The notes: a model not told the origin generated them from the sequence alone. A stretch of DNA of 64,000 nucleotides from Acidimicrobiales bacterium (GCA_050012675.1 JBEKGS010000004.1:481-64480); one strand, 5' to 3'; positions 8,367-17,315 are shown, counted from the stretch's first letter. A program made the numbers and translations.

Positions 8367-9131
8367 ATGAGCATTGGCGATGCCATCCACTTGCTCCTGC
8401 CTCTCTCTGGTGCCGTGGTCTCGATCGTGGGAGCGGGCGGCAAGACGACGGTCTTGTTCGAGTTGGGCGAGAGCCTTGCCAATCGCGGTTCGAACATACT
8501 CCTCACGACTACCACGAACATCTTCGACCCTCGCGTGGAGCCGGATCGGCAGTTCGATCACGTGCTGTTAGAGGCCGGTCTGGCTGAACCTTTCGAAGAG
8601 CCGGGACCGTTCCAAGAGCCGGGCGTAATCCCCCCCTTCCTTGAGCACGGAACTTCTCCTGAGACACGGGGACGGCTTATCGTCCTGGGCTCTCGCGAGG
8701 TGAAAGGTGCGGACAAGCTCCAAGGGATCCATCCCAGTTGGATGGCGAGGCTGAGTCGGGATTGGGCCTACGTGCTTGTGGAAGCAGACGGCGCCAAGGG
8801 CCGGTCCATCAAAGCCCCCGGAGATCATGAACCCGTCGTGCCGCCGTCGACAGGAGCCGTGATCGGCGTTGTCGGCTTGGATTGCCTGGGGCGCCCCATG
8901 GACGGGGCTACCGTCCACCGCCCGGAGCGCTTCCAGGCGGTGACCGGCCTGGCCGCCGGACCCCTGGAGACAGATCTGACCGCTGTCTGCTCGCACGAGG
9001 GATCAAATATTCCGGGACACGTCCTGATGCTCGCATTCGCTTCCGGCTTTGGGACAGGAGATTCGGCCGTGGGGCCAGGCATCGCCGAAGAGCCGCCCGG
9101 ATCCATGCTGAGGTTCGGGGCCTGCCGATGA
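8367..9131 (+). CDS. yqeC: Selenium-dependent hydroxylase accessory protein YqeC (P-loop protein)
   Basis: 'VVSIVGAGGKTTVLFELGESLANRGSNILLTTTTNIFDP' and 'YVLVEADGAKGRSIKAPGDHEPVVP' are YqeC-family signatures. I chose the ATG at 8367 inside track ORF 8187..9131. The stop overlaps the next start (ATGA 9128-9131). Confidence 0.8.
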   Translation: MSIGDAIHLLLPLSGAVVSIVGAGGKTTVLFELGESLANRGSNILLTTTTNIFDPRVEPDRQFDHVLLEAGLAEPFEEPGPFQEPGVIPPFLEHGTSPETRGRLIVLGSREVKGADKLQGIHPSWMARLSRDWAYVLVEADGAKGRSIKAPGDHEPVVPPSTGAVIGVVGLDCLGRPMDGATVHRPERFQAVTGLAAGPLETDLTAVCSHEGSNIPGHVLMLAFASGFGTGDSAVGPGIAEEPPGSMLRFGACR

Positions 9132-10261
9132 TCTACCTCGACAACGCGGCGACCAGCCATCCCAAGGCTCCGGGCGTGGCAGAGGCCATGGTGCGCTTCA
9201 TGACCGACACCGGAGCGAGCCCCGGCAGGGGCACCCATCCCCAGGCCCAGGCGGCGGACCGCCTACTTTTCGCGGTGCGGGAGCGCTGCGCCGCGTTCCT
9301 GGGGGTACCCGAACCCGAACGCCTCGTGTTCACCAAGAACGCCACGGAAGCCCTCAACCTGGTGCTCATGGGCCAGGTGCCTGCCGGAGGCTCGGTAATT
9401 CTGAGCTCGTTGGAGCACAACGCGGTCATGCGTCCTTTGCACTACCTGGAAGCCCACCGGGGCGTGCGGCTATCTCAGATCCCTTTCGACGCCTGTGGCC
9501 GCCCGGATCCCGAGTCCCTCCGCGTGGCGACGGCACGGCCGGCGGACCTCTTCGTCTTGACTGCCGCGAGCAACGTGACCGGCTGCATCACGCCCGTCGC
9601 AGAAGTCTCACGCCTCTGTAGACGGGCTGCGATCCCTCTTTGCGTCGACGCCAGCCAGGCTGTGGGCCATGTGACGCTGCCCATGGATGGAGTCAGCTTC
9701 CTGTGCTTCTCCGGCCACAAGGGGATGCTCGGGCCCGTTGGCACCGGAGGGCTGTACCTCGCGCCCGGATTTCATCCTGAGCCTCTCCTGCGCGGAGGGA
9801 CGGGGAGCCAATCCGAAAGCGAAGAGCAGCCCGACTTCCTGCCCGATCGTTACGAGGCTGGAACTCTCAACCTCGTAGGACTGGCGGGTCTGCTTGCGGC
9901 CCTGGACTTCCTCGAGGCCCGAGGTCCCGCCAGTATCCGCGAGCGGGAGGCGTCTTTGTGCAAGCGACTGCTCGGCGGCATGCTGGATCTTCCCGGCGTC
10001 TCTTCGCCAGGGCCCGAGCCCGGCGCAGCTCGCGTGCCCGTCGTTTCACTGTCGGTTGATGGCCAAGATTTGGGGGAGATTGGCCTTGAATTCAACCGGC
10101 GGGACATAGCAGTGCGCGTGGGTCTGCATTGTGCGGCCGCCGCCCATCGCAGCATCGGCACCTTCGGGGCGGGCGGAACCCTGCGGTTCTCACCGGGCTT
10201 CGCTACCAGTGAGGAAGAGATCGACGCGGCCATCGAGACCTTGGAGGCGATCCTTAGATGA
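9128..10261 (+). CDS. Class-V aminotransferase, cysteine desulfurase / selenocysteine lyase-like (EF2568-type member of selenium-hydroxylase loci)
   Basis: 'MIYLDNAATSHPKAPGV'; PLP-lysine block 'FSGHKGMLGPVGTGGLY'; active-site Cys block 'RVGLHCAAAAHRSIG'. Coupled on both sides by ATGA overlaps. Confidence 0.85.
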   Translation: MIYLDNAATSHPKAPGVAEAMVRFMTDTGASPGRGTHPQAQAADRLLFAVRERCAAFLGVPEPERLVFTKNATEALNLVLMGQVPAGGSVILSSLEHNAVMRPLHYLEAHRGVRLSQIPFDACGRPDPESLRVATARPADLFVLTAASNVTGCITPVAEVSRLCRRAAIPLCVDASQAVGHVTLPMDGVSFLCFSGHKGMLGPVGTGGLYLAPGFHPEPLLRGGTGSQSESEEQPDFLPDRYEAGTLNLVGLAGLLAALDFLEARGPASIREREASLCKRLLGGMLDLPGVSSPGPEPGAARVPVVSLSVDGQDLGEIGLEFNRRDIAVRVGLHCAAAAHRSIGTFGAGGTLRFSPGFATSEEEIDAAIETLEAILR

Positions 10262-11298
10262 GCGATTCTCCGGCGTTGACGACCTACACTCGCTTCTCCG
10301 GCTGCGGCGCGAAGCTCGGCCCAGGGGTGCTCGACGAGGCGCTGTGCGGACTTGAACAGCCCGCCTACCCGCAGCTTCTGGCTGGGTTCTCCAGCTTCGA
10401 GGACGCGGGGCTTTTCCTTTTGGACGACGGTCTCGCACTGGTGCAGACCGTGGACTTCTTCCCACCCATTGTGGACGACCCGTACATGTTCGGGCGCATC
10501 GCCGCCGCCAATGCTCTCTCGGACGTGTACGCCATGGGTGCACGTCCCCTCACAGCCCTCTGCCTCGTCTGTTTTCCCCTCAAGAGTCTGGGCCTGGACA
10601 GCTTGAAAGCCATGATGGAAGGTGGCCTGGACGCTCTGACCGAGGCTGGTTGCGCCTTGCTAGGGGGGCACAGCGTCGAGGATGCGGAACCGAAACTGGG
10701 CTACGCCGTGACCGGGCTGGTCGATCCCGAAAGAGCCTGGCGCAACAACACGCTTCGACCCGGAGCTGCCTTGATCCTCACCAAGCCTCTCGGCACAGGA
10801 CTCCTGAACATGGCGCTGAGAGCTGAGTGCGCGAGCGAGGAAGCTCTGAACCTCGCTCAGACGTCGATGGCCCTGCTCAACAAGCGAGCAGCGGAGATTC
10901 TGGCGGAGGGCGACGTCTGGGCATGCACAGATGTCACGGGCTTCGGCTTGGCCGGTCACGCCGCCGAGATGGTGGACGGCGCGCCTTGCGGGCTGAAGAT
11001 CCGGTACGCCGATCTGCCGCTGATCCCCGGTGTGGAGGAATGGGCCGCCATGGGACTCGTCCCCGAGGGCACCTTCCGGAACAAGCAGGGCCGCATACGC
11101 TGCATCGAGAACGTCGATGCCCTCGATCCGGTCATGCTCGACATCCTCTTCGACCCCCAGACTTCCGGAGGCCTGCTGGCTGCTGTTCCCGTCGATCGGG
11201 CGACGCAGCTGCAGAAGGACTTGAGAGCCGAGGGAGTGTCCGCAGCCCTGATCGGCGAGACTGGTGGGTTGCCGGGCACCGTGGAGATCCTCGTCTGA
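10258..11298 (+). CDS. selD: Selenide, water dikinase (selenophosphate synthetase), Cys-type
   Basis: N-terminal 'LTTYTRFSGCGAKLGPGVLDEAL' (active-site Cys-Gly-Ala-Lys; Cys, not an in-frame TGA). AIR-synthase-like blocks: 'DDPYMFGRIAAANALSDVYAMGARPL', 'LLGGHSVEDAEPKLGYAVTG', 'ACTDVTGFGLAGHAAEM'. Confidence 0.9.
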   Translation: MSDSPALTTYTRFSGCGAKLGPGVLDEALCGLEQPAYPQLLAGFSSFEDAGLFLLDDGLALVQTVDFFPPIVDDPYMFGRIAAANALSDVYAMGARPLTALCLVCFPLKSLGLDSLKAMMEGGLDALTEAGCALLGGHSVEDAEPKLGYAVTGLVDPERAWRNNTLRPGAALILTKPLGTGLLNMALRAECASEEALNLAQTSMALLNKRAAEILAEGDVWACTDVTGFGLAGHAAEMVDGAPCGLKIRYADLPLIPGVEEWAAMGLVPEGTFRNKQGRIRCIENVDALDPVMLDILFDPQTSGGLLAAVPVDRATQLQKDLRAEGVSAALIGETGGLPGTVEILV

Positions 11299-11570
11299 TG
11301 ATGGTTTTGGCGACTTTCCTGTCCACACACGCGGCTCTTCGAGCTGAACAGGAACTGACGGGGGAGTTATCCGTGGAGCTGATCCCCGTGCCTCGCCAAA
11401 TTCGCAGCGACTGTGGATTTGGTCTCCTTGTTGGCCCGCTGGACCCTCCCGGGGCTGGCCGCGCCGCGGAGATCCTCAAGGGTAAGGGCGCCACAGGCCT
11501 CTGGCGCGTCTTCGAACTGGATTCACCGACCTCGCGGCGCAAGGAGAAACGCTATGAGCTCATCCCGTAG
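11298..11570 (+). CDS. DUF3343-family small protein (putative Se/S carrier-like)
   Basis: 'MMVLATFLSTHAALRAEQEL...ELIPVPRQIRSDCGFGLLV' resembles the DUF3343 pattern (beta-alpha start and 'P.P..I...CG..I'). The ATG overlaps the selD stop (TGATG). The family commonly neighbours selD/yedF. Confidence 0.6.
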   Translation: MMVLATFLSTHAALRAEQELTGELSVELIPVPRQIRSDCGFGLLVGPLDPPGAGRAAEILKGKGATGLWRVFELDSPTSRRKEKRYELIP

Positions 11571-12180
11571 GGTCCTAGATGCTCGGGACCTCGCTTGCCC
11601 GCAGCCCGTGATTCTGACCCGCAAGGCCCTTGCCGAGGGCGGTTTCAGTGAGCTGGAGGTGATCGTGAACACCATCTCCGCAAGAGAGAACGTCGCTCGC
11701 TTCGCCGGCCATGCGGGCTGCACCATCGGCGGCATCGAAGAGTCCGGCGAGGAGACGCGGATCGTGATCCAGCCGGCCGCGGCCAACTGGTCCGACTCGA
11801 CCTCAACGGAATCCATCACCGACGCCACGGTGCCCCTCGTGGAACCCGGCATCCAGACCGTCTTCCTCTCCAGCCGGACCATCGGGAGAGGCGATGACGA
11901 ACTAGGCGCCCTGCTCATGCGGGCCTTCCTCTACACCCTTAGCGAGTCCGAAACTGTCCCTCAACGGGTGCTGCTCATGAACAGCGGAGTAACGCTGGCG
12001 GCCGAAGCCTCAGAGCATCTCGAGAACTTGCGGCGTCTTGCCGATCTTGGTGTCGAGATCTACGCCTGTGGCGCCTGTCTCGAGTTCTACAAGCTCACGG
12101 ATCAGCTGGCCGTGGGCCAAGTCTCGAACATGCAGGAGATCACTGAGTTTCTGCTCCAAGGCAAAGCCCTCTGTCTGTAG
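11554..12180 (+). CDS. yedF: Selenium metabolism protein YedF (TusA/SirA-like N-domain with CPxP motif plus DsrE-like C-domain)
   Basis: 'RVLDARDLACPQPVILTRKAL' is the TusA-type CPxP motif. C-terminal 'VFLSSRTIGRGDDELGALLMRAFLYTL...VLLMNSGVTL...LGVEIYACGACL' is DsrE/YedF-like. The ATG at 11554 overlaps the end of the DUF3343 gene by 17 nt. Confidence 0.75.
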   Translation: MSSSRRVLDARDLACPQPVILTRKALAEGGFSELEVIVNTISARENVARFAGHAGCTIGGIEESGEETRIVIQPAAANWSDSTSTESITDATVPLVEPGIQTVFLSSRTIGRGDDELGALLMRAFLYTLSESETVPQRVLLMNSGVTLAAEASEHLENLRRLADLGVEIYACGACLEFYKLTDQLAVGQVSNMQEITEFLLQGKALCL

Positions 12181-12606
12181 AGGCATAGACCTGAAGACGC
12201 GCCTCACCAATGAAGCGGCCAGGTCCCAGATCGTCTCGCGTGTCGTACGTGGGAAAGGCCCTTTCGACATGCTGCAGGTCTACGCGCCCGTAATGCCGGG
12301 AGCGCTGACTCCCAGGGGCACGCCGACCGAGGGTCCGAGAGTATTGGTTGGCACTCAGGACGTGCTTGAGACCTGAAGACGGCGAAGCCGCCGAGCGGAT
12401 CGAAACACCTACTGTGCCCGCCAACTAGCGAACTGGGATTCGACTGGGTGTCGGATGGGCGAACGCGTACTCACCGATCTCGAGGGTCGCTTGTGCGAAT
12501 CCCAGGCGTAACTCAGCGCGAGAACGAAGCGTCGACTTCAACGGGGTCGGTTCCAGCCGGCGACCCGCTCGAGCCGGACCCGGTTCGACGTAGCAGACTG
12601 GAGACC

Positions 12607-15081
12607 ATGGCTATCACCGCGGTCGACCCCTCAACTGGAGCGGGGCGCACATCTGCGGCGTCAGTTCCGGACGGTGGGGAGAGCGCCCATCTGCCTTTGC
12701 TGAAGGTGCGGGGCCTTTCCATGGCCTACGGCGACCTCCAGGTCCTGAGCGACGTCGACTTCGAGGTGGCGACCGGCGCGCTGGTCGCGCTGGCGGGCGA
12801 GAACGGTGCCGGCAAATCGACCCTTGTTCGTTGTATAGCCGGGGACACCATCCCCGATGCCGGGGAGGTGGCCCTAGACGGGGTGCGGGTCCGCTCCAAT
12901 GCCGCGGCCGCCTCCGCCGGACTGGCCGTGGTGTGGCAGGACGCTGCTCTGTGCGACAACCTGGACGTGGCCAGCAACCTGTTCCTGGGCCGCGAGCGGG
13001 GCCGGTGGTTCACCGCCGACGCCAAGAACACTCTCGCCACCAAGGCCATCCTCGCTTCGTACGGGATAAAGCTGGACAGCGGCCGCCGGGTTCGCTCGCT
13101 GTCCGCCGGCCAGCGCCAGTTGGTCGCCGTGGTCCGGGCCATCCAGGCGCGACCGCGGTTGCTGGTGCTGGACGAGCCCACGGCGTCGCTCGGCGTGCAG
13201 GAGGCGCGCCAGGTCGAAGAGCTCATAATGAAATTGAACGCCGAGGGCACCACCATCCTGTTGGTGTCCCATGATGTCGACCAGGTCTTTCACCTGGCTG
13301 ACCGCATCCTCGTACTCCACGGGGGGCGCATTGTCGCGGACCTGTCCCCCTCGCAGACCCACCCCGAAGACGTCGTGGCCATCATGTCGGGTCACACCCC
13401 CGACGCCAGCGCCCGCCGCCAGTTCAACCGTCTGCAGACCCTGGTCGACCAGCTCGCCTCGGCTACGCCCAACTCGACCCTGCCGTTGGTCCTGTCGGCG
13501 CTGGCTTCGGTGCTCAGCATCGAACAGCTCTGCCTCCACCTCTCCGAGGAACGCAGCCTGCGCCTGGTGGCCAGCGCCGGCCTGCCACCCCCGCTCGTGC
13601 GGGCCTGGGCGTCCGTGCCGATGGGCGCAGAGGGTGGCCCGATGGGCATGGTCGCCGAGAACAAGCGGGTTGTGGTCGTGGAGGACATCGACAGGAGTGA
13701 CTCCTGGGAGCGCTTCGCAGCTCTGGGGCGAGGCGCCGGCATTCGCAGCAGCTGGTCGGTGCCCCTGATTGGCGCGAGCGGACTTATCGGGGTGATAACC
13801 GGGTGCCAGCCGTTCGTGGGGCGGCCGCAGCGTGACCAGATGGACCTCGTGTCGCTGTACGCGGGCTACGCCGCCGGCGCCATCGAGCGTGACCGCCTGT
13901 TCGGCGAGGTGACGGCGCGCAACCGCGTGCTCGAGACCATCCGCGAGGTGCTAGAGACGCTGGCGGGTCCCGAACAAGTGTCCAAGGGCCTGGTCCTGGC
14001 CCTGCAATCTCTGCAGCGGGGGCTGCGCGCCACGGAGATCGAGCTGTGGTCGCGCGTTTCGGCCGGCCTTCCCCGCTGCACGGCCTGCGTCACTGCCGAC
14101 AACCTGGGGTACTGGGAACCGCCGCGGCGCGACGCCGCCGACGCCATACGCGCCTTTTCCGGCCCGGCACCCGTCTACAGCCCCCGTATCCTGCGCCCCG
14201 GGGCGACGGGTCAGGTGGTGGCCACCGCCTTTGACGTCCCGGGCGGCCGGGCTGCGCTCATTGCCCGATGGGAGGCTCCATTGCCCGACGATGCCCTCGC
14301 CCTGCTGGCCGACGGCGCCCACTCGGTGCGGTTGGCCCTGGAACGGGACGAGGCCGAACAGGCTCACCAGCAGACGGCGGCCTTGCGCCGGTCGAACCGG
14401 CTGCAGCGCGATTTCCTTTCCCGTCTGAGCCACGAGCTGCGCACGCCGCTCACGGCCATCCGCGGCTACGCCAGCACCCTGCTGGCGCCGGACGTGACCT
14501 GGGACGACGAGTCCAAGCTGCGTTTTTTGAGCCGCATCGCGAGCGAGTCGGCCCGCCTAGGCAGGCTGGTGGGCGACCTGCTCGACTTTTCGGCCATAGA
14601 GGCCGGACTGCTGCGCCTGCAGCCGGACTGGTGCGACCTCCACTTGGTGCTCGAAGCGGCCGTCTCATGCCTACCGCCCGGCCCGTCCCAAGCCGTCACC
14701 ATCGAGTGCCCACCGTCGATCGGCCCCGTCTGGGCTGACCATGACCGCCTCGAGCAGGTATTCGTAAACCTGCTGGACAATGCCGTGCGCCACAACGACA
14801 GCGACATCTGCATCAGGGTGACGGTATCCCCGGGCGGCAATGAGACGGTGGCGGTCCGGGTGGCCGACAACGGCCGCGGCCTGCCTCCGGAGCTGCGCGC
14901 CCGCCTGTTGGACTCTCAGGGGCACGGGGCCATCAGCGACGACGGCGCCGGGCTCGGCCTGTCGATCGCCCGCGGCATCGTGCGGGCGCACGGCGGTCAC
15001 CTAGGCCTGGAGAGGTCGGAACAAGGGACATGTTTCCTCATCGTGCTCCCCGTCGAGGGCCCCGGAGGATACCTCGCATGA
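12607..15081 (+). CDS. Soluble hybrid protein: ABC-transporter nucleotide-binding domain :: GAF x2 :: HisKA :: HATPase_c histidine kinase
   Basis: NBD motifs: 'GENGAGKST', 'VVWQD', 'LSAGQRQ', 'LLVLDEPTASL', 'LVSHD'. GAF-like segments: '...RLVASAGLPPPLV...VVVVEDIDRSD...SSWSVPLIGASGLIGVITG...'. H-box: 'FLSRLSHELRTPLTAIRGYAS'. N/G boxes: 'NLLDNAVRHN', 'VADNGRGLP', 'GAGLGLSIARGIVRAHGG'. No hydrophobic TM segment. The ATG at 12607 (GGAG 5 nt upstream) is preferred; the track start is 12448. Confidence 0.85.
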   Translation: MAITAVDPSTGAGRTSAASVPDGGESAHLPLLKVRGLSMAYGDLQVLSDVDFEVATGALVALAGENGAGKSTLVRCIAGDTIPDAGEVALDGVRVRSNAAAASAGLAVVWQDAALCDNLDVASNLFLGRERGRWFTADAKNTLATKAILASYGIKLDSGRRVRSLSAGQRQLVAVVRAIQARPRLLVLDEPTASLGVQEARQVEELIMKLNAEGTTILLVSHDVDQVFHLADRILVLHGGRIVADLSPSQTHPEDVVAIMSGHTPDASARRQFNRLQTLVDQLASATPNSTLPLVLSALASVLSIEQLCLHLSEERSLRLVASAGLPPPLVRAWASVPMGAEGGPMGMVAENKRVVVVEDIDRSDSWERFAALGRGAGIRSSWSVPLIGASGLIGVITGCQPFVGRPQRDQMDLVSLYAGYAAGAIERDRLFGEVTARNRVLETIREVLETLAGPEQVSKGLVLALQSLQRGLRATEIELWSRVSAGLPRCTACVTADNLGYWEPPRRDAADAIRAFSGPAPVYSPRILRPGATGQVVATAFDVPGGRAALIARWEAPLPDDALALLADGAHSVRLALERDEAEQAHQQTAALRRSNRLQRDFLSRLSHELRTPLTAIRGYASTLLAPDVTWDDESKLRFLSRIASESARLGRLVGDLLDFSAIEAGLLRLQPDWCDLHLVLEAAVSCLPPGPSQAVTIECPPSIGPVWADHDRLEQVFVNLLDNAVRHNDSDICIRVTVSPGGNETVAVRVADNGRGLPPELRARLLDSQGHGAISDDGAGLGLSIARGIVRAHGGHLGLERSEQGTCFLIVLPVEGPGGYLA

Positions 15082-15085
15082 AGCC

Positions 15086-15790
15086 ATGACTTCGACTACA
15101 AGACGCACCAAGGCTCTGCTGGTGGAGGACGACCCCAATATCGTCGATCTGATCCGTAGCAACCTCATCGTGCGTGGCTTCGACACCTGCGTCTCGCCCG
15201 ATGGGTCGCGCGCCCTGCAGATGCTCGAGACCGAGGCGCCCGACATCGTCCTGCTCGACTTGATGCTGCCCGATGCTGACGGCTTCGAGCTGTGCCGGCA
15301 GATGCGCGAGCGTTCGGGTGTGGGCATCATCGTCGTGTCCGCCCGGGGCGGCCAGCACGACAAGGTGGCCGCCTTGAACTTTGGCGCCGACGACTACTTG
15401 ACCAAGCCCTTCAGTATCGAGGAGCTGCTGGCCAGAATCACCGCCACCCTGCGGCGCACCCGTCCCGCCGAGCCGGTCGATGCGTCGCCGTTGTGCATCG
15501 AGGTCGGCGACCTCGTAGTCGACTTGGAGAAGCGCCTGGTTACACGGGGTGGCGAAGTCGTGCACTTGACCCCGACCGAATTCTCCCTGCTGCGTGAGCT
15601 CGCCGTCGATCGGGGCAAGCTGCTCAGTCACGCCGAGCTCTTGCGGCGGGTCTGGGGGCCGGGCTACGCCACCGAGACGGAGTACGTGCGCGTCTATGTG
15701 CGCCGCCTGCGGGCAAAACTGGAAAAAGGTGGTGGTCCTCCGGTGATCATCACCCAGCCCCGCGCCGGGTACCGGTTCGTGCCGGGATAA
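15086..15790 (+). CDS. OmpR/KdpE-type response regulator (receiver plus winged-helix)
   Basis: 'ALLVEDDPNIVDLI...PDIVLLDLMLPDADGFELC...GADDYLTKPFSIEELLARI' and C-terminal 'LTPTEFSLLRELA...VRVYVRRLRAKLE...GYRF'. Starts 4 nt after the kinase stop. Confidence 0.9.
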   Translation: MTSTTRRTKALLVEDDPNIVDLIRSNLIVRGFDTCVSPDGSRALQMLETEAPDIVLLDLMLPDADGFELCRQMRERSGVGIIVVSARGGQHDKVAALNFGADDYLTKPFSIEELLARITATLRRTRPAEPVDASPLCIEVGDLVVDLEKRLVTRGGEVVHLTPTEFSLLRELAVDRGKLLSHAELLRRVWGPGYATETEYVRVYVRRLRAKLEKGGGPPVIITQPRAGYRFVPG

Positions 15791-15798
15791 CTCAGAAT

Positions 15799-15857
15799 CG
15801 TTACGGATGTTCACGGTTTATTAATGCTCACTCCCTCACGTTCACGTTTCGTTAACA
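15799..15857 (+). promoter_or_regulatory. Candidate response-regulator binding / promoter region: clustered direct repeats of a (G)TTCACG/GTTACGG-type motif in a low-GC spacer
   Basis: 'CGTTACGGATGTTCACGGTTTATTAATGCTCACTCCCTCACGTTCACGTTTCGTTAAC'. GTTACGG and GTTCACGG lie about 10 bp apart. TCACGT occurs in tandem at 15836-15847, about 31 bp from the first TCACG. OmpR-family regulators typically bind direct repeats with helical periodicity. No experimental support. Confidence 0.3.
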
Positions 15858-16044
15858 ATTACCGGTCTATCTTCCCCTTGCCGGAGCGATTCGACATCAC
15901 TCCGGCCAGTTCGCAGGGCGCACGCTGTCACAGACGTGCGGCGGCTCCTCTCGGTGCAAGTGTCGAGGGAACCCGACCTGGGCGGACGCGGACCAATTTG
16001 GCAACCAACTCCACAACTTCTGAAGGAAGCAAAAGGGAGAGAGC

Positions 16045-17295
16045 ATGAAAATGTCACACAAGGGACGGGCGGTCGGCGCCGCGACGGTCACCCTGGCCGT
16101 GTTGCTCGGGGCCGCGGCCTTCGGCATCCAGCCCGCCTCGGCCCATGGTATGGGCGTCGCGTCCCAGAGCGCGGGCATCACGGCCACCAGCTTCAATCGC
16201 AACTTCAGCGCTATGTCGCTGCTCAAGGCCGTCGCGGCCAAGGGCACCGGTGGCGTCACGGCTATCCTTCCTGACACGGTCTCCTCGACCCGCTACGTCG
16301 AGTTCGACACGCCGTTCCTCATGGAAGCCATGGAGAAGGCCGGTTTGCCACCCACCGACACCTACGTCGAGGACGCCGATGGCAGCGACGCCACCGAGCT
16401 GTCGATGGACCAGGCGGCCGTCACCGCCGGTGACAAGGTCGTCATCATGGACCCGTTGGACTCAGGGGTCGGGGCCAAGATCGAGTCGTACAACGCCGCC
16501 CACGGTGTGGCGACCGTCGACTACGACCGCCTGACCCTTGGCGGCCAGCGCAAGTACTACGTCAGCTTCAACAACGAATACGTCGGCACGCTGCTCGGTG
16601 ATGGCCTCGTCAGCTGCATCTCGACCTGGAAGGTCGCCAAGCCGACTGTTCTGGTCATGCACGGCGCGCCCACTGACAACAACGCCACGTTGTTCGCCGA
16701 CGGTTACGACACCGTCCTCGCCCCGTACTTCAAGAGTGGCAAGTGGACCCTGGTTGGCAAGCTGGCCGCCATGGGAGGTCAGGGCGAAGTGCCCGCTGGC
16801 ACCTGGACGCCGAGCGTTGCCCTCACCGAGTTCGAGGGTGAGTTCACCGCGAACCCAAGCATCAATGCCGTGCTCATGCCCAATGACGAGAACGGCGCCC
16901 CGATCATCCACTGGCTGATCACTGCCAAGGGTCTCAAGCCGCGCACCATTCCTTTCACCGGCCAGGACGCGACCTTGACGGGTCTCGGCAACGTGCTCAA
17001 CGGGTACCAGTGCGGAACGGTGTACAAGCCGATCTACGAGGAGGCGCAAGCAGCAGTGGCCATCGCGCTGTACCTCCGTGCCGGCATGGCCCCGCCGGCC
17101 GCCCTGGCCAACGGCAAGACGCTGGACTCCGTAGAGCACAAGCAAGTCGACTCTGTGCTCCTCACGCCCGAGTGGGTGACCAGCAAGAACATGAAGTCGA
17201 CGGTCATCGCCGACCAGTTCGTGCCTCCGTCCAGCCTGTGCTCGTCGCCGTACTCGACCGTAGCGGCCTGCAAGGCAGCGGGCATCACGCCCTAG
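16045..17295 (+). CDS. Sugar ABC transporter substrate-binding protein (periplasmic-binding-protein type I, XylF/ChvE-like), secreted
   Basis: Signal peptide 'MKMSHKGRAVGAATVTLAVLLGAAAFGIQPASA'. PBP-I blocks: 'DKVVIMDPLDSGVGAKIE', 'VATVDYDRLTLGG..YYVSFNNEYVGTL', 'INAVLMPNDENGAPII', 'FTGQDATLTGLGNVLNGYQCGTVYKP'. RBS AAGGGAGAG upstream. Confidence 0.85.
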   Translation: MKMSHKGRAVGAATVTLAVLLGAAAFGIQPASAHGMGVASQSAGITATSFNRNFSAMSLLKAVAAKGTGGVTAILPDTVSSTRYVEFDTPFLMEAMEKAGLPPTDTYVEDADGSDATELSMDQAAVTAGDKVVIMDPLDSGVGAKIESYNAAHGVATVDYDRLTLGGQRKYYVSFNNEYVGTLLGDGLVSCISTWKVAKPTVLVMHGAPTDNNATLFADGYDTVLAPYFKSGKWTLVGKLAAMGGQGEVPAGTWTPSVALTEFEGEFTANPSINAVLMPNDENGAPIIHWLITAKGLKPRTIPFTGQDATLTGLGNVLNGYQCGTVYKPIYEEAQAAVAIALYLRAGMAPPAALANGKTLDSVEHKQVDSVLLTPEWVTSKNMKSTVIADQFVPPSSLCSSPYSTVAACKAAGITP

Positions 17296-17315
17296 CCGGT
17301 AGCCGCTGAGTCATC

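Noticed and set aside
1515-12180. Looked for selenoprotein genes (ORF pairs interrupted by a single in-frame TGA with a downstream SECIS-like hairpin) in and around the selenium locus, including selD itself
   Set aside because: selD has a Cys codon at the active site ('SGCGAK'), and all locus ORFs are continuous. There was no candidate TGA read-through that I could see. A proper scan (for example bSECISearch) was not possible.
12187-12381. 13-bp direct repeat AGACCTGAAGACG (12187-12199 and 12369-12381) flanking 169 bp between yedF and the kinase gene; considered as the target-site duplication of a MITE
   Set aside because: There are no terminal inverted repeats inside the flanked segment, and 13 bp is long for a TSD. 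Dozens of chance 13-mer repeats are expected in 64 kb of compositionally biased DNA.
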